A stretch of 64,000 bases of DNA from a virus (taxonomy: Duplodnaviria; Caudoviricetes). The notes under the pieces were generated by a model. It was not told the DNA's origin. It saw only the letters and a list, made by a program, of their open reading frames with translations, and ran no database searches. Positions 31,101 to 39,391 of the stretch are shown one piece after another (within the stretch, counting starts at the first letter, position 1; the number at the start of each line of letters is the position of its first letter). Where the stretch lies: positions 39,993 to 103,992 of IMG/VR virus record IMGVR_UViG_3300020276_000001. One strand, written 5' to 3'. The position numbers and the translations under genes were made by a program.

Positions 31101-32568
31101 ATCAAATGAAGGTCCTAATGATAGATTAGCGGCTGACATGACAGATGCACAGGTAACTATTCCGTTAGAAGATGCTAGTTTCTTCCCAGGAGGCGGTGGA
31201 ACAGTTATCATTGATAACGAAATGATTCAGTACACAGGTATTAACGGTGATACGTTAACAGGTTGTACTAGAGCGGCACCATTAACAAACTTTGCCGCAG
31301 GAGCAACAAGAACTTATACGGCGGGTGTTGCCGCAACGCACACATCACGTACTGGTGTTATATTGATTAGTAATACTATTACACCAATCATATCACACTG
31401 GGGATCAGCATTCCAAACAGACGGTGGATTTGATAGTGATAGAGGTTACATCTTTTCATATACTTCTACTGCAAACACAATTAGTACAACAAGAAATACG
31501 GTTTTCATGTTAAGACTAGCACCTAGTGTATCAAACGCAATCGTTGGTGACTTGGGTGAAAGAGAATTATTAAACAGAGCACAGTTACTACTAGAAGGTA
31601 TTGAAATAACATCAGACGGTACTGATGCTAGTAATAATCCAATTACTGGAGGAATTGTTGTTGAAGGAATTCTAAATCCACAAAACTATCCACTTGATCC
31701 AGGTGACGTTGGTTGGGCTTCCTTAACAGGAGCGGCGGCTGGTGGACAACCAAGTTTTGCTCAAATAGCCCCGGGTGGTTCTGTTGTATGGTCAACAGGT
31801 GCAACACAGATTATTAAAAATGCAACAACGGTTGCAGAGATGACACTTGACGTAACATCAGCATATAGTAGAAACAATACAAACTATCACTTTATTACAT
31901 CGGGTTCGTATAACACGGCAGACAATTCAGGACTACAAACTGGTCTAACAGTAACAGCAACTGGTAATGGATCACCGTCAGACTTTCCAACTGGTACAAC
32001 ACTTGCACAGATTTATAGTTACTACAATCCACCACTATTGAGATTTAATAATAGAAACAGTGGCGGTCAAATTAGTTCAAATGAAACTATTACAATGTCA
32101 ATTAACCCAGGTGGTAATTTAGATAGAACGAACTTCTTGTACTTTACAAAAACAAGTTGGGAATCAACTGGTGCTATTGCAGGTACTGAGATAAGTGACA
32201 GTAAGTTTCCGGGAGGTACATACGTTTCTGGTGTACAAGGACCACTAAACTTTGGTGGTGTAGAATATTACAGAATTACATTTACGCAGAACTCCAATAC
32301 TAATATTACCGCAGGAAGTACTGTAGGGTTCTTATTTGGACAACCTCCATATGCACAGCCAGGTGAAACAGTATTTTCATTTATTGCTACACCAGGTGAA
32401 CAGTCATCCTTGATGTTAGGTACGTTGAAAGAATTAACAAATACAACGTTAGGTGGACGAGGTACGTTCCCGAACGGTCCAGACGTTTTAGCTATTAACG
32501 TTTATAAAGCTGAAGGTGTAGATACCAAAGCGAATATCATTCTAAGATGGGGTGAAGCTCAGGCGTAA
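25195..32568 (+). CDS. giant virion structural protein (2457 aa) with two phycobiliprotein-like helical domains and tandem Gly/Thr-rich beta repeats
   Basis: KCERD and TERDLG helical domains at the N-terminus. Multiple ~75-aa repeats G.GY..GD.I.I.G..LGG.SP.ND.TIT at about 27.7-29.8 kb. Confidence 0.7.
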   Translation: MAKQKIDTYIFQPGIPLKDNRYPNAYELIQNNVEFICDEVVAWIAAQVLANAADPTSFWYNYTYNSPKCERDTRYNLQGVDGTGGIIYDLRYNGNAQARYLASKYWINSTPQIDGDRQPEIAAKNFARDLINNYILPQQAFTTAQSPIVTTQYTNSAIAYESGADARVTTLMGIITDVILNGLDNVPALDRTGISSIKMQTRIPTNDLLLMTDTTNNEVIFNFSDPTLGASVEYQTDDTEKLTKGVEEDFPKFLEKTGTITTVYLDKNTDNVDYSPKAIAVLEANKAFMQKEATAYIAAQVAAASSGTWYNFSHNTALTERDLGAEITAFTNDIKYGGNSRTYDQASKYWTQTTPYFSGTRAEEVALRNWLLNLINTYILTNTAYTSQQTGAGAVSQTTILSLPELGVHTRVTQLIGITTDVIANGLDVRPIREEVPLYYASDEIQVFVDQGETRTRPFDFGTDAIERMRVSNSVSMLDADFEYGLQPTKWQAIAMQRGYPSIYEVPGTDKVVSSVTTDASTGTGGVGQSLITVTTVGAHGIEAGTPITIKALENSVQGASRAEGSFIVSTVPTSATFTYFAKSKVGVSNGEVLSTYYTQLREAGFYTGAAIGTPTFGIISQGTAGVFTNPLGATTGGDKVTWIGDTPEIGAPIQNVAGQIATAGTIGAANVSRTAGTYTGITGNSSSIVSELIVGTFDIVIDGSGAATSITNFKGGRNNAVGDTITVLDASLGGGGAPALTFQVATETDGTGIGSGAQVTVVTGGGGEIATWNVAGDYATGVNQIALSDVTGILAGQAIDRGDGTAIHVSSIVGSNVNLDANTTQAIIGNNVQYSAVAGTNYNSAGTSAVFDVDRAGGSYTAVLNGTGGDNYEVGDVIVVLGNQLGGQTGTNDLIITVASIDSSGSVVTFTTAGSAFDGNGSFSNITGQNMNGNGLGAIFDLTYTNNSYSVSLAQPTYANNGTGITQGGTGTGSAFDVVLTNNNYTVTENAAATDAGYVAGDVIKIGGNEFGGDATNDLTISITAVDGSGGITSFNAAGTGPNAQNNFTEPAYTYSGVGSGASFNVQYNGTTYTASLSQTGSGYSAAETCTIDGANIGGTSSTNDATITIDSVDGSGVITAISVSGTASNSRTFTNITSGSNVVGAAATFNVVVNYNNSYSVTLGNEPGSNYGSGNTIVIAGNNLGGTSPANDLTITVTGINGAGAITSFSSAGTAADATSGYAVGDRLKIEGSNIGGTSPTNDAIVKIDAVSGTGRINTISITGTAPDATESYNNPTYTSNTVGGASATFNVTRLDTAYTASVPVGGSGYLVGEEFVILGSALGGVDVTNNCTITVATVDAGTGEVLTVTTTGTALDTKTITDLSQFDGEATNLQGSTATFDITITGGTYSYAINTPGTGYYADQNIKIQGNQIGGATPANDITINITSVGTGGDITGISGSGTGPGGTASYTAVPGSNLQNNGSNATFNITRNSGAYSTAIVSNDGINYQVGNKIKILGTSLGGQTPTNDATIAITEVATDGGVVAVTSSGTAVAGTVVKSYSTVTMSENLTADIPQNTTIQFAALATVEVTFTTAHGLIPGDAFIVTQSTDDGVNNHTLLEGPFFAQQVPTTTSLRYQCRAAGAIGSVGDINAILYPRPDSFFVHRPYDGGVQLGTGGPQHGAQAIRQSKKYIRYQSGKGIMYTTGALFAPSYDLLNVTADAVAAGSFINVTTDDVDHGLQVGGRIRLIGIETPGYNGDYSVSSITDERTFKVIATTGLGSTTPVLSPKAQVSLLNWHGATVRSGAFDDQNGIFMEYDGSNYNAVQRTSTLQLSGTISLAVDSNAVTGTATRFRDQVKAGDRVVIKGMTHVVSQVNSQTSMNVTPDFRGVTPASGAKLCLVADKKSKQADFNGDVLDGTGSSGYILDISKMQMIGIQYSWYGAGFIDWMLRGDDGNFIFYHRMRNSNVNTEAFMRTGNMPVRYEVSNEGPNDRLAADMTDAQVTIPLEDASFFPGGGGTVIIDNEMIQYTGINGDTLTGCTRAAPLTNFAAGATRTYTAGVAATHTSRTGVILISNTITPIISHWGSAFQTDGGFDSDRGYIFSYTSTANTISTTRNTVFMLRLAPSVSNAIVGDLGERELLNRAQLLLEGIEITSDGTDASNNPITGGIVVEGILNPQNYPLDPGDVGWASLTGAAAGGQPSFAQIAPGGSVVWSTGATQIIKNATTVAEMTLDVTSAYSRNNTNYHFITSGSYNTADNSGLQTGLTVTATGNGSPSDFPTGTTLAQIYSYYNPPLLRFNNRNSGGQISSNETITMSINPGGNLDRTNFLYFTKTSWESTGAIAGTEISDSKFPGGTYVSGVQGPLNFGGVEYYRITFTQNSNTNITAGSTVGFLFGQPPYAQPGETVFSFIATPGEQSSLMLGTLKELTNTTLGGRGTFPNGPDVLAINVYKAEGVDTKANIILRWGEAQA

Positions 32569-33144
32569 TTATTTTACGTTGAAAGCTATAACAGTCCTAA
32601 TACAATCTTTTTTACTAGGTAATACAGTATGTTTCAAGTAACTAGGGAACATTAGTATTCTTCCTTTAACAGGTTGATATACATATTCTTGCCACGAGTA
32701 AGGTGCGTTCTCTTTCATTGTATGTCCGTATTCTACAAAAGGATTTGGATTTCTAAACATTATTCCTCCTGCACTTTCATTAGCACGAACATAATACACA
32801 CCGCTTATTTGTCCTACGTTATGATGATGTTCATTATGAATATCACCTTCTTTGTAATCTTGTGTCCACCAGTTATATGAATAACCTTCATGTATTCTAT
32901 TCATTGCATTTTTGTTTTGAAAGTTTGTAACGCACATATCTATTTCTGATTTTAATTCTGGAGTATCGTATCTTAGATCTATGACTTTATCTTTTTCAAA
33001 ATAGTCAGTGGCATGGGGAGCATTTTCATCTGGTCTTTGTAATTGATCAACACGTTCCTCTACAAGTTTTTCTACTTGATTAGCTACCCAGACAGGAACA
33101 TCATGTACAAGTATACCAGTTGGAAATATGTTTTCGTATTTCAT
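32569..33144 (-). CDS. putative 2OG-Fe(II) oxygenase (TIGR02466-like)
   Basis: H.H...ISGVYYV...G.I.F.NP...P..G..LMFPSYLKH.V...R..IAFN. Confidence 0.85.
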   Translation of the reverse strand: MKYENIFPTGILVHDVPVWVANQVEKLVEERVDQLQRPDENAPHATDYFEKDKVIDLRYDTPELKSEIDMCVTNFQNKNAMNRIHEGYSYNWWTQDYKEGDIHNEHHHNVGQISGVYYVRANESAGGIMFRNPNPFVEYGHTMKENAPYSWQEYVYQPVKGRILMFPSYLKHTVLPSKKDCIRTVIAFNVK

Positions 33145-33827
33145 TACAGTGGCACATAATAATTTAAAGGATTACCACCAGGCATAAAATTACCAGGTTG
33201 ATTCATTCTTAAATTATCCTCGTGTAGTTGTAAACCAGTCTTAGGTTGCTTGTTAACTTGAGGTGTCTGGATATGTTGTAGCATAGTGTCTATTGGTTGA
33301 ATGTTAAATGCGATAGTTATACGAGGCTCATCATTATCCCAATCACTTATTCTATGTTCCATGTTAGTTGAGTGTGTTATTAATAATTGACCGTTTTTAT
33401 TTTCAACTTTATGTATTTCTTCTGAACCTATTTCTCTGTATTCTGCATAACTTGGTTCACAGTTTACACCATATATACCATGAAAGCAATCTGTACCGCC
33501 ACCATAGTCGTGTCCATGCCAATCTAATACTTCACCTTTGTTAGGCCAATAATTTAACCAACCTACTATCCAATAACCTTGTCTATTATCGTGATGTACT
33601 TCCGTTTTAAAGAAGTGTTGTATTTCTTTGTACAAAGAAAATATTTCTGGCATAGTACTTGTAAACAAATTATAATGAGGACTACAAGCTGTACATAAGC
33701 TAGGGTGTGGAACGTTTGCTAAACCGTTTGGTATAGCAATTTCATTTGCAATTTGATTAGCTAAAAATTTACTTGTATGTGTGAAACTAGCTAGGTTGTG
33801 TTTCAGCTGTGTTTTGTATATCTTCAT
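33144..33827 (-). CDS. putative 2OG-Fe(II) oxygenase (likely start MKIYK at 33827)
   Basis: GWLN...WHGH...HGIY.V...EHR...RITIAFNI DSBH motifs. Confidence 0.7.
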   Translation of the reverse strand: MKIYKTQLKHNLASFTHTSKFLANQIANEIAIPNGLANVPHPSLCTACSPHYNLFTSTMPEIFSLYKEIQHFFKTEVHHDNRQGYWIVGWLNYWPNKGEVLDWHGHDYGGGTDCFHGIYGVNCEPSYAEYREIGSEEIHKVENKNGQLLITHSTNMEHRISDWDNDEPRITIAFNIQPIDTMLQHIQTPQVNKQPKTGLQLHEDNLRMNQPGNFMPGGNPLNYYVPL

Positions 33828-34212
33828 CTGGCGCCACTTGTTGGTTTGCTTGACTATCGCCAGGTGCAAGTCTATAATTATCTTCTATTGAATCAGGTGT
33901 ACTTACTTCTGTAAGTGAACTACCGGCTTCTATAGCTTCTAATTGATGTGGCATTAAAGGAGGATTTCTCCATGTGTCGCCTGCTTTGATAATAACTTCC
34001 ATTGGCGTAGCTGTTTGAGTATCGATGTATCTTAGCTTAAAACTTCCTTGATTAACAAACCAAGACTCGTCTTTAATTTTATGAAAGTGCATGGACATTT
34101 TAGATCCTGGCTTTTCAAAAACCAAAATCTTTCCACAGTAAAGGTCGTTAGTTGCCCAAATTAATTCGTATCCCCAACCCTTATCTACCTTACCACTATG
34201 TCTTGCTGGCAT
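33787..34212 (-). CDS. cupin-domain protein (sugar isomerase-like)
   Basis: KGWGYELIW...YCGKIL...SMHFH..KDESW...PHQL...EVSTPD..ED.YR..PGDSQ. Confidence 0.8.
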   Translation of the reverse strand: MPARHSGKVDKGWGYELIWATNDLYCGKILVFEKPGSKMSMHFHKIKDESWFVNQGSFKLRYIDTQTATPMEVIIKAGDTWRNPPLMPHQLEAIEAGSSLTEVSTPDSIEDNYRLAPGDSQANQQVAPDEDIQNTAETQPS

Positions 34213-35038
34213 CTATATACTCCTGTACGGTCTTAAATTTATATTCACCTATACTATTAATTAGTTTAGTATTGTCTGCACAGGTATAATACTGATACTG
34301 TCCTGCTAGGTTATCTGGTAAAGGTACTGTCTTAACTTTTGCATCATATAGTTTAGCATAACCATTAGCAATATCCATAAACGATGGTGCAACTCCTGTA
34401 CCAACATTCCAAATATCAGTAGCGTCTACATGAAACATCTTTTCAATAATTTGGCAAACATCTCCTACCCAAATAAAATCTCTTTTGATATGTTCACTCT
34501 TTTCAAAGACAGTAATTTCTTTTAAGTTTTTAGCTTGTAATTCAAACTTACCAAAAACACTTTGTTGGTCACCTTTATCTTGTTCTCCAGGACCATATAC
34601 GTTAAACAATCTAAGTCCTTGTACATTAATTCTATACTCTGGTATTTCCATTACCATTTTATCAAATAAGTATTTGCTCCAACTGTATGGACTTTGTGGA
34701 TAAACTTTATCATTTTCTTTGATAGTTTTCATATCATTTTGAGCCTGTGTGTTACCATACACACTAGCACTTGAGGCATATATTAATGTTGTACCACTTT
34801 GGTCACAAAGCTGTAAAAGCCTTTGACTAAATTCTAAGTTTTGTTTTAAAACCTTTTCTACATCACGTTCTGTTGTACTGCTTATTGCTCCTAAGTGTAC
34901 TACTCTATCATAGTCTTTTGGATCAGGTACTTTGTTTTCAATATATTCATATCCTTCTACTTCATGCCCCATGTGTTGTAGATAAGGACCTAAGTTTCTT
35001 CCAATAAATCCTTGATGTCCTGTAATTAATACTCTCAT
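34196..35038 (-). CDS. hldD: ADP-L-glycero-D-manno-heptose 6-epimerase-like SDR
   Basis: TGHQGFIG, HLGAISSTTE, YASSASVYG, Y..SK, LR.FNVYGPGE..KG, RDFI.V.D, YQYYTCAD. Adjacent to hldE. Confidence 0.85.
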   Translation of the reverse strand: MRVLITGHQGFIGRNLGPYLQHMGHEVEGYEYIENKVPDPKDYDRVVHLGAISSTTERDVEKVLKQNLEFSQRLLQLCDQSGTTLIYASSASVYGNTQAQNDMKTIKENDKVYPQSPYSWSKYLFDKMVMEIPEYRINVQGLRLFNVYGPGEQDKGDQQSVFGKFELQAKNLKEITVFEKSEHIKRDFIWVGDVCQIIEKMFHVDATDIWNVGTGVAPSFMDIANGYAKLYDAKVKTVPLPDNLAGQYQYYTCADNTKLINSIGEYKFKTVQEYIDASKT

Positions 35039-36282
35039 GCTTTCATTCTTTCAATAGTTTTAGTTGTTGAATATCCCTTCACAGTTGGAAAAATTTCTAC
35101 TTTGGCTATGTCATTTCCAACCACTTGTTCTACAGTATAATCGCCTCCCTTGACAATTACATCTGGTTGTATTTCTTTGATTGCTTCGTACGGTGTGTCT
35201 TCTTCAAATATAACAACATCATCTACAAAGCCCAATTCTAACAATGCTTCTTTACGTGTATTCTGATCGTTTATGGGTCTTAAATCGCCTTTTAAACGCT
35301 TGACAGAAGAATCACTATTAATGCCCACCACAAGGCGTTTTCCTAGCGTGTGTGCGTGTCTAAGTAGCTTTAAATGGCCAGTATGCAGTATATCAAACAC
35401 CCCATTAGTCCATACGATATTGCGTTCCAAATCGTCCTGTTGTATTATAGCAACACCTCTTTTTTCAACTATTCTAGCCGCGGCATAACAAGCCAATTTA
35501 CAGGCATCAAATATATTCATATCCGAATCTATACCATATGCAATAACGGCCATTACTGTATCACCTGCACCAGTTACGTCAGCAACTTCTTTGACAGGTT
35601 CAACAAAATGTTTATATTCTCCTTGGCTGTTTAGTACGTGCATACCATTCGCACCATCTGTAACAACTAACCAAGTCCAATCTAATTTTTTCATTTGTAG
35701 TAAAGCATTATCTTTATCATACTTGCCAAACCATGTTTCGTATTCTTGCATATTAGGTTTTACTAAAAATGCTCCATGATAAAATACACTATCTTGTTTT
35801 GGATCAACTAATATTTTAATATCTTTATCTAATAATTTTCCTACAGTATCTCTTTTTACTGTTCCTTTTGCATAATCACTTATACAAACAATATCATGCT
35901 TTTTAATATTGTTATTAAATCTTGTTGCAACATCTCCATCATATGGTACTTCTCTATCCCAACGTACAATGTGTTGTCCACGTTGTCCAACTAATCTTGT
36001 TTTAGTTGTTGTAATTTTATAATCCTGTGCTATTGTAACTTCTAATTTACTAGCTTCAACTAATTCTAATAATTTAAAACCTTCTTTATCGTTTCCTAAA
36101 GCACTAGTAAGTTCAACCTGTGATCCTAAACTTTTTATGTTAAGTGCTAAATTGCCTGCACCACCTATTGAATATTCTTGATTGGTTTCTAATAGTACTG
36201 GTACAGGTGCTTCTGGAGACATTCTATTTGCTTCACCGACTATCCATCGATCTAACATAATGTCGCCGTATACTCTGATCAT
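35035..36282 (-). CDS. hldE: bifunctional heptose-7-phosphate kinase / heptose-1-phosphate adenylyltransferase
   Basis: GDIMLDR...R.SPEAPVPV, GGAGN, SDYAKG, VDPK, DVTGAGDT (PfkB), plus NGVFDILHTGH, GINSDSSVKRLKG..RP, KGGDY, STT. Confidence 0.93.
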   Translation of the reverse strand: MIRVYGDIMLDRWIVGEANRMSPEAPVPVLLETNQEYSIGGAGNLALNIKSLGSQVELTSALGNDKEGFKLLELVEASKLEVTIAQDYKITTTKTRLVGQRGQHIVRWDREVPYDGDVATRFNNNIKKHDIVCISDYAKGTVKRDTVGKLLDKDIKILVDPKQDSVFYHGAFLVKPNMQEYETWFGKYDKDNALLQMKKLDWTWLVVTDGANGMHVLNSQGEYKHFVEPVKEVADVTGAGDTVMAVIAYGIDSDMNIFDACKLACYAAARIVEKRGVAIIQQDDLERNIVWTNGVFDILHTGHLKLLRHAHTLGKRLVVGINSDSSVKRLKGDLRPINDQNTRKEALLELGFVDDVVIFEEDTPYEAIKEIQPDVIVKGGDYTVEQVVGNDIAKVEIFPTVKGYSTTKTIERMKA

Positions 36283-36720
36283 TTATTCCTCCAGTAAACT
36301 AATAAGTTGGAAAACTGTTTGTAATTTTGTTAAGTTTGATTTGCTTTGTAAAGTATTTCTTAATCCTTGGTGCAGAGGCTTTGGCCATTTACCAAAACTT
36401 ACCCAAGCATATCCATTGTGTTCACCATTTAATACTGGAATAAATTCTTCTTTAACTACACAAAGGTATGTATGAAAATTAAATTTTTCATCATTACTTA
36501 CAAAAGTTTCTAGTGGAATAGATTTAACAATAGGAGGACATTCTCCTATCTCTTCTTTTATTTCTCTCGTCAATGCTTGATAAGGAATTTCTTCACTCTC
36601 ATTAGTACCACCTACAAGTCCCCAAACGTCAGCTTGTCGACTTTGTGTTCTATGTAAAAATAAGAACCTCTGTGTATCTAATGTATAGAAGAGAGCTCCA
36701 CTACAAATAATCTTGTTCAT
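36283..36720 (-). CDS. NUDIX hydrolase
   Basis: WGLVGG....E.....L.REIKEEIG Nudix box. Confidence 0.85.
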   Translation of the reverse strand: MNKIICSGALFYTLDTQRFLFLHRTQSRQADVWGLVGGTNESEEIPYQALTREIKEEIGECPPIVKSIPLETFVSNDEKFNFHTYLCVVKEEFIPVLNGEHNGYAWVSFGKWPKPLHQGLRNTLQSKSNLTKLQTVFQLISLLEE

Positions 36721-36725
36721 ATTAG

Positions 36726-36733
36726 TAATTATG
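36726..36733 (-). promoter_or_regulatory. late promoter variant CATAATTA, 5 nt before ATG (leaderless)
   Basis: Reverse strand reads CATAATTA-CTAAT-ATG. Confidence 0.5.
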
Positions 36734-38188
36734 CTAGAGTACTAGGCGCCAGGTTCCTTTTCGATACTCGCCTTCGAACGTTAAAGTCCATGCAGTACCG
36801 TCCCATTTATATTGGACACCTGTATTTAAATTGGTTGTATATGTTACTTCTGGTACTGTTGAATCTTCACCGCTATTACCACTGGCATCAAAAACAATGT
36901 TCCAATCATTTCCGTCCCATTCAACAATATCGTTTTCTTTGGCAATTAAATCGCCTTTAGATCCCTTCCAAGCATCAGCACCATCTTCATTTGTTGCATC
37001 ACCAATATCACCTAATAACAGTACTCTTATACCATTACCTCTTATGTTAGTTGGATTAACTTTACTTGGATCTATAATATAATCTATTGTTCCTTTAGTT
37101 GCTAAAGGACCTACTATAACTGTGTTAGTTGGAATAGTATCTTCGTCCCAATTAACAACAATTTGTGTTTCATCTAATGTGTTTATTGCAAAAGTACCTA
37201 CAACTGAAGTTGTAAATCCTGCTCTTTCAAGATAAATTTTACTTAAACTTGCTCTGTATTGTCCTGGTTGTGCATCAAGTACTGTACGCCAGTTTATTTC
37301 ACCAGCAATACCATTTTTACCTAGTTGTACAATGTTACCCATTACAATAGCATCATATCCAGACGCAGTTGATACTGCCAAGTTCGCAGTAGACTTGCTT
37401 GATTTACCCATACCTGATTTACCTGCTGTTGATGTATCTGAACCTTTGGCCAAGTTTGCATTACTGTCATCGTATCCTTGTAGTTCAGGCATACTATTAC
37501 TTAGGTCAATAGTTCCTCTGCTTTCATCAAATATACTCATTATAACATTTGTAATAACACCTAGCTTTTTAACTTTAGCAGGTGGACTAATATATATTGG
37601 TGTACTAAATCCTAGTGTGGCAACATCAATATCTGTTTCAGTTCCAACCGGAATACTTCTTGAACTAAAGTTAATGTTTTCTAAGTTAACAACTGACAAC
37701 GAAGTCCAGTCTACATAGTTGTCTGTAGTTTGTATTTCTAAACTAGGATTGAACAGCATTAGTATCTGTTCCATAATTTGTAATTTTTGTTCTGTATTAG
37801 TTGACCATATATCTGCTGTTACTTGTAAAGTATATGGAGTAGGCATCATACGTTCAACTGTATAATTTTTACCTTGTGTGTTTAAATATTCTTTTCCTGT
37901 TGCATCATATTCTCTTTCTCTAATATGTACCTTACCTGTAAAACTTGGATCAGCAGTTCTAGTTCTGTCCATCTCCATACCTGTTACATACACACCTATA
38001 CGTGGAGCACTAGGAATTTTATTTTCTGAATTATCTCTTATGATAGCACCTACTTGACGTGTAATATCTCCGTACATAACAGGAACTTGTACTAAAGCAC
38101 CCTTGCCATCTGCATAAGAGAAGTTACTCAACAGTCTGATTATCTGAGTAATATATCTTCTTATTTGTCCATCATAAAAATGTAGCAT
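36734..38188 (-). CDS. tail sheath stabiliser / tail terminator (T4 gp15-like) with C-terminal extension
   Basis: FYD.QIRRY..Q....F......VPV.YG...PR...PTPY.L....IW......LQI.EQIL..FNP. Confidence 0.75.
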   Translation of the reverse strand: MLHFYDGQIRRYITQIIRLLSNFSYADGKGALVQVPVMYGDITRQVGAIIRDNSENKIPSAPRIGVYVTGMEMDRTRTADPSFTGKVHIREREYDATGKEYLNTQGKNYTVERMMPTPYTLQVTADIWSTNTEQKLQIMEQILMLFNPSLEIQTTDNYVDWTSLSVVNLENINFSSRSIPVGTETDIDVATLGFSTPIYISPPAKVKKLGVITNVIMSIFDESRGTIDLSNSMPELQGYDDSNANLAKGSDTSTAGKSGMGKSSKSTANLAVSTASGYDAIVMGNIVQLGKNGIAGEINWRTVLDAQPGQYRASLSKIYLERAGFTTSVVGTFAINTLDETQIVVNWDEDTIPTNTVIVGPLATKGTIDYIIDPSKVNPTNIRGNGIRVLLLGDIGDATNEDGADAWKGSKGDLIAKENDIVEWDGNDWNIVFDASGNSGEDSTVPEVTYTTNLNTGVQYKWDGTAWTLTFEGEYRKGTWRLVL

Positions 38189-39345
38189 TAATTATCCGCC
38201 TTAGGTTTAAGTGCTTTACTCAAAGGTTGTCTTTCTTTAACAGATTCACCACCTATTGTATTTGTAGTAGTGTTATTAACAAACGTTCCTTTTTGTGTAT
38301 TTCTAGTATCAGTATTAGACATTGTAAGTCTTACACTATCTTCTTGTTTAGCCCAACGTTGGCCATCGTATCTAAATAATCTGTTTGGCATAAAGTCTGT
38401 CCTTAAAAAGTAATCACCTTTGATTTGATTTAATGGAAAACTAGATCCATGTCCAAATGATTCTCCGTTTGGTGCAATACCATCGCCTAACAAGTAACCA
38501 TCATATCCTGATCTTTCTGGAGTTTGGTTAACTCTATCAGCAAGTAAACCTTGTTGTGATATATCAAGTGTGCTAGTATCAGTTGTAACTAGTTCAGGTT
38601 TACCAAACTTGTCAACTTGTAGTGTATAAAATTGTTTTGTGTTATAACCTGACTTAGGTGCATCTGCTTCTGCCTGAGCCAACACAGCATTATTAATTTG
38701 CATTTCTTGTTCATACGTTGATAGTACATCACGTAAAGTATTACTTGAACCTTCCTCTGATGGTAAGTCAAGTATTTCTTTGAATTCTTGTGAGTCAACA
38801 ATTTGTTTTAATTTAACTCTATATAAATGTGGATACCAACTTTGTGAAAATCCTTCTGCCGCTCTGTTAACATCTTCTACAACATAAAAACGTTTAAGTG
38901 CTACTTGGTAATCATTAAGAGCATACTCATCTTTTAAGTGTGGAAGCTCTATTACGTCACCTGGCATAATCTTACGACCTAATGTTTTTACACTAGTGTT
39001 GATAGGTATTGTCATAAACAATGTATCGTTCTGTAAAAACAGTCCAAATTGACTCATATCAAAGTCAATATCCTGTACGTTGTATATGCCACGTATTACA
39101 TAAATGTCTGGATCGTATTTTCTATCCCTATTTTCAAGGAAAAGCATATCCTGAATATTAGTCTCTTTTACAGCATTATAGCGAGGCTGTGAAGGAGTAG
39201 CATCTGCTTCATCTGGATTAGAAGGGCCTAGATATTTGTGTATGAATACATCTGTACCACCAACGGTGAACATTTCCGTGATGGTTTTATCTAGAAATTC
39301 GTAATCTTTGCCCTTTTCGGGTTTGTATAAACTGAGTCTTGGCAT
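38188..39345 (-). CDS. neck/head-closure protein (T4 gp14-like); likely start MPRLS at 39345
   Basis: LFLENRDRKY, SQFGLFL, GDVIELP. Lies between gp13-like and gp15-like genes. Confidence 0.65.
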   Translation of the reverse strand: MPRLSLYKPEKGKDYEFLDKTITEMFTVGGTDVFIHKYLGPSNPDEADATPSQPRYNAVKETNIQDMLFLENRDRKYDPDIYVIRGIYNVQDIDFDMSQFGLFLQNDTLFMTIPINTSVKTLGRKIMPGDVIELPHLKDEYALNDYQVALKRFYVVEDVNRAAEGFSQSWYPHLYRVKLKQIVDSQEFKEILDLPSEEGSSNTLRDVLSTYEQEMQINNAVLAQAEADAPKSGYNTKQFYTLQVDKFGKPELVTTDTSTLDISQQGLLADRVNQTPERSGYDGYLLGDGIAPNGESFGHGSSFPLNQIKGDYFLRTDFMPNRLFRYDGQRWAKQEDSVRLTMSNTDTRNTQKGTFVNNTTTNTIGGESVKERQPLSKALKPKADN

Positions 39346-39353
39346 AACATTAG

Positions 39354-39374
39354 TATTTATCGAACGTATAAATA
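39354..39374. promoter_or_regulatory. back-to-back late promoters (GATAAATA on -, TATAAATA on +)
   Basis: Both octamers lie within the 46-nt gap between the divergent neck genes. Confidence 0.75.
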
Positions 39375-39391
39375 CATATGGAGAAGAAGAT

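Noticed and set aside
33787-36282. Bacterial LPS locus (host DNA or prophage flank)
   Set aside because: The genes are contiguous with phage neck genes, share codon style and late-type boxes, and no bacterial housekeeping genes or integration boundary are visible.
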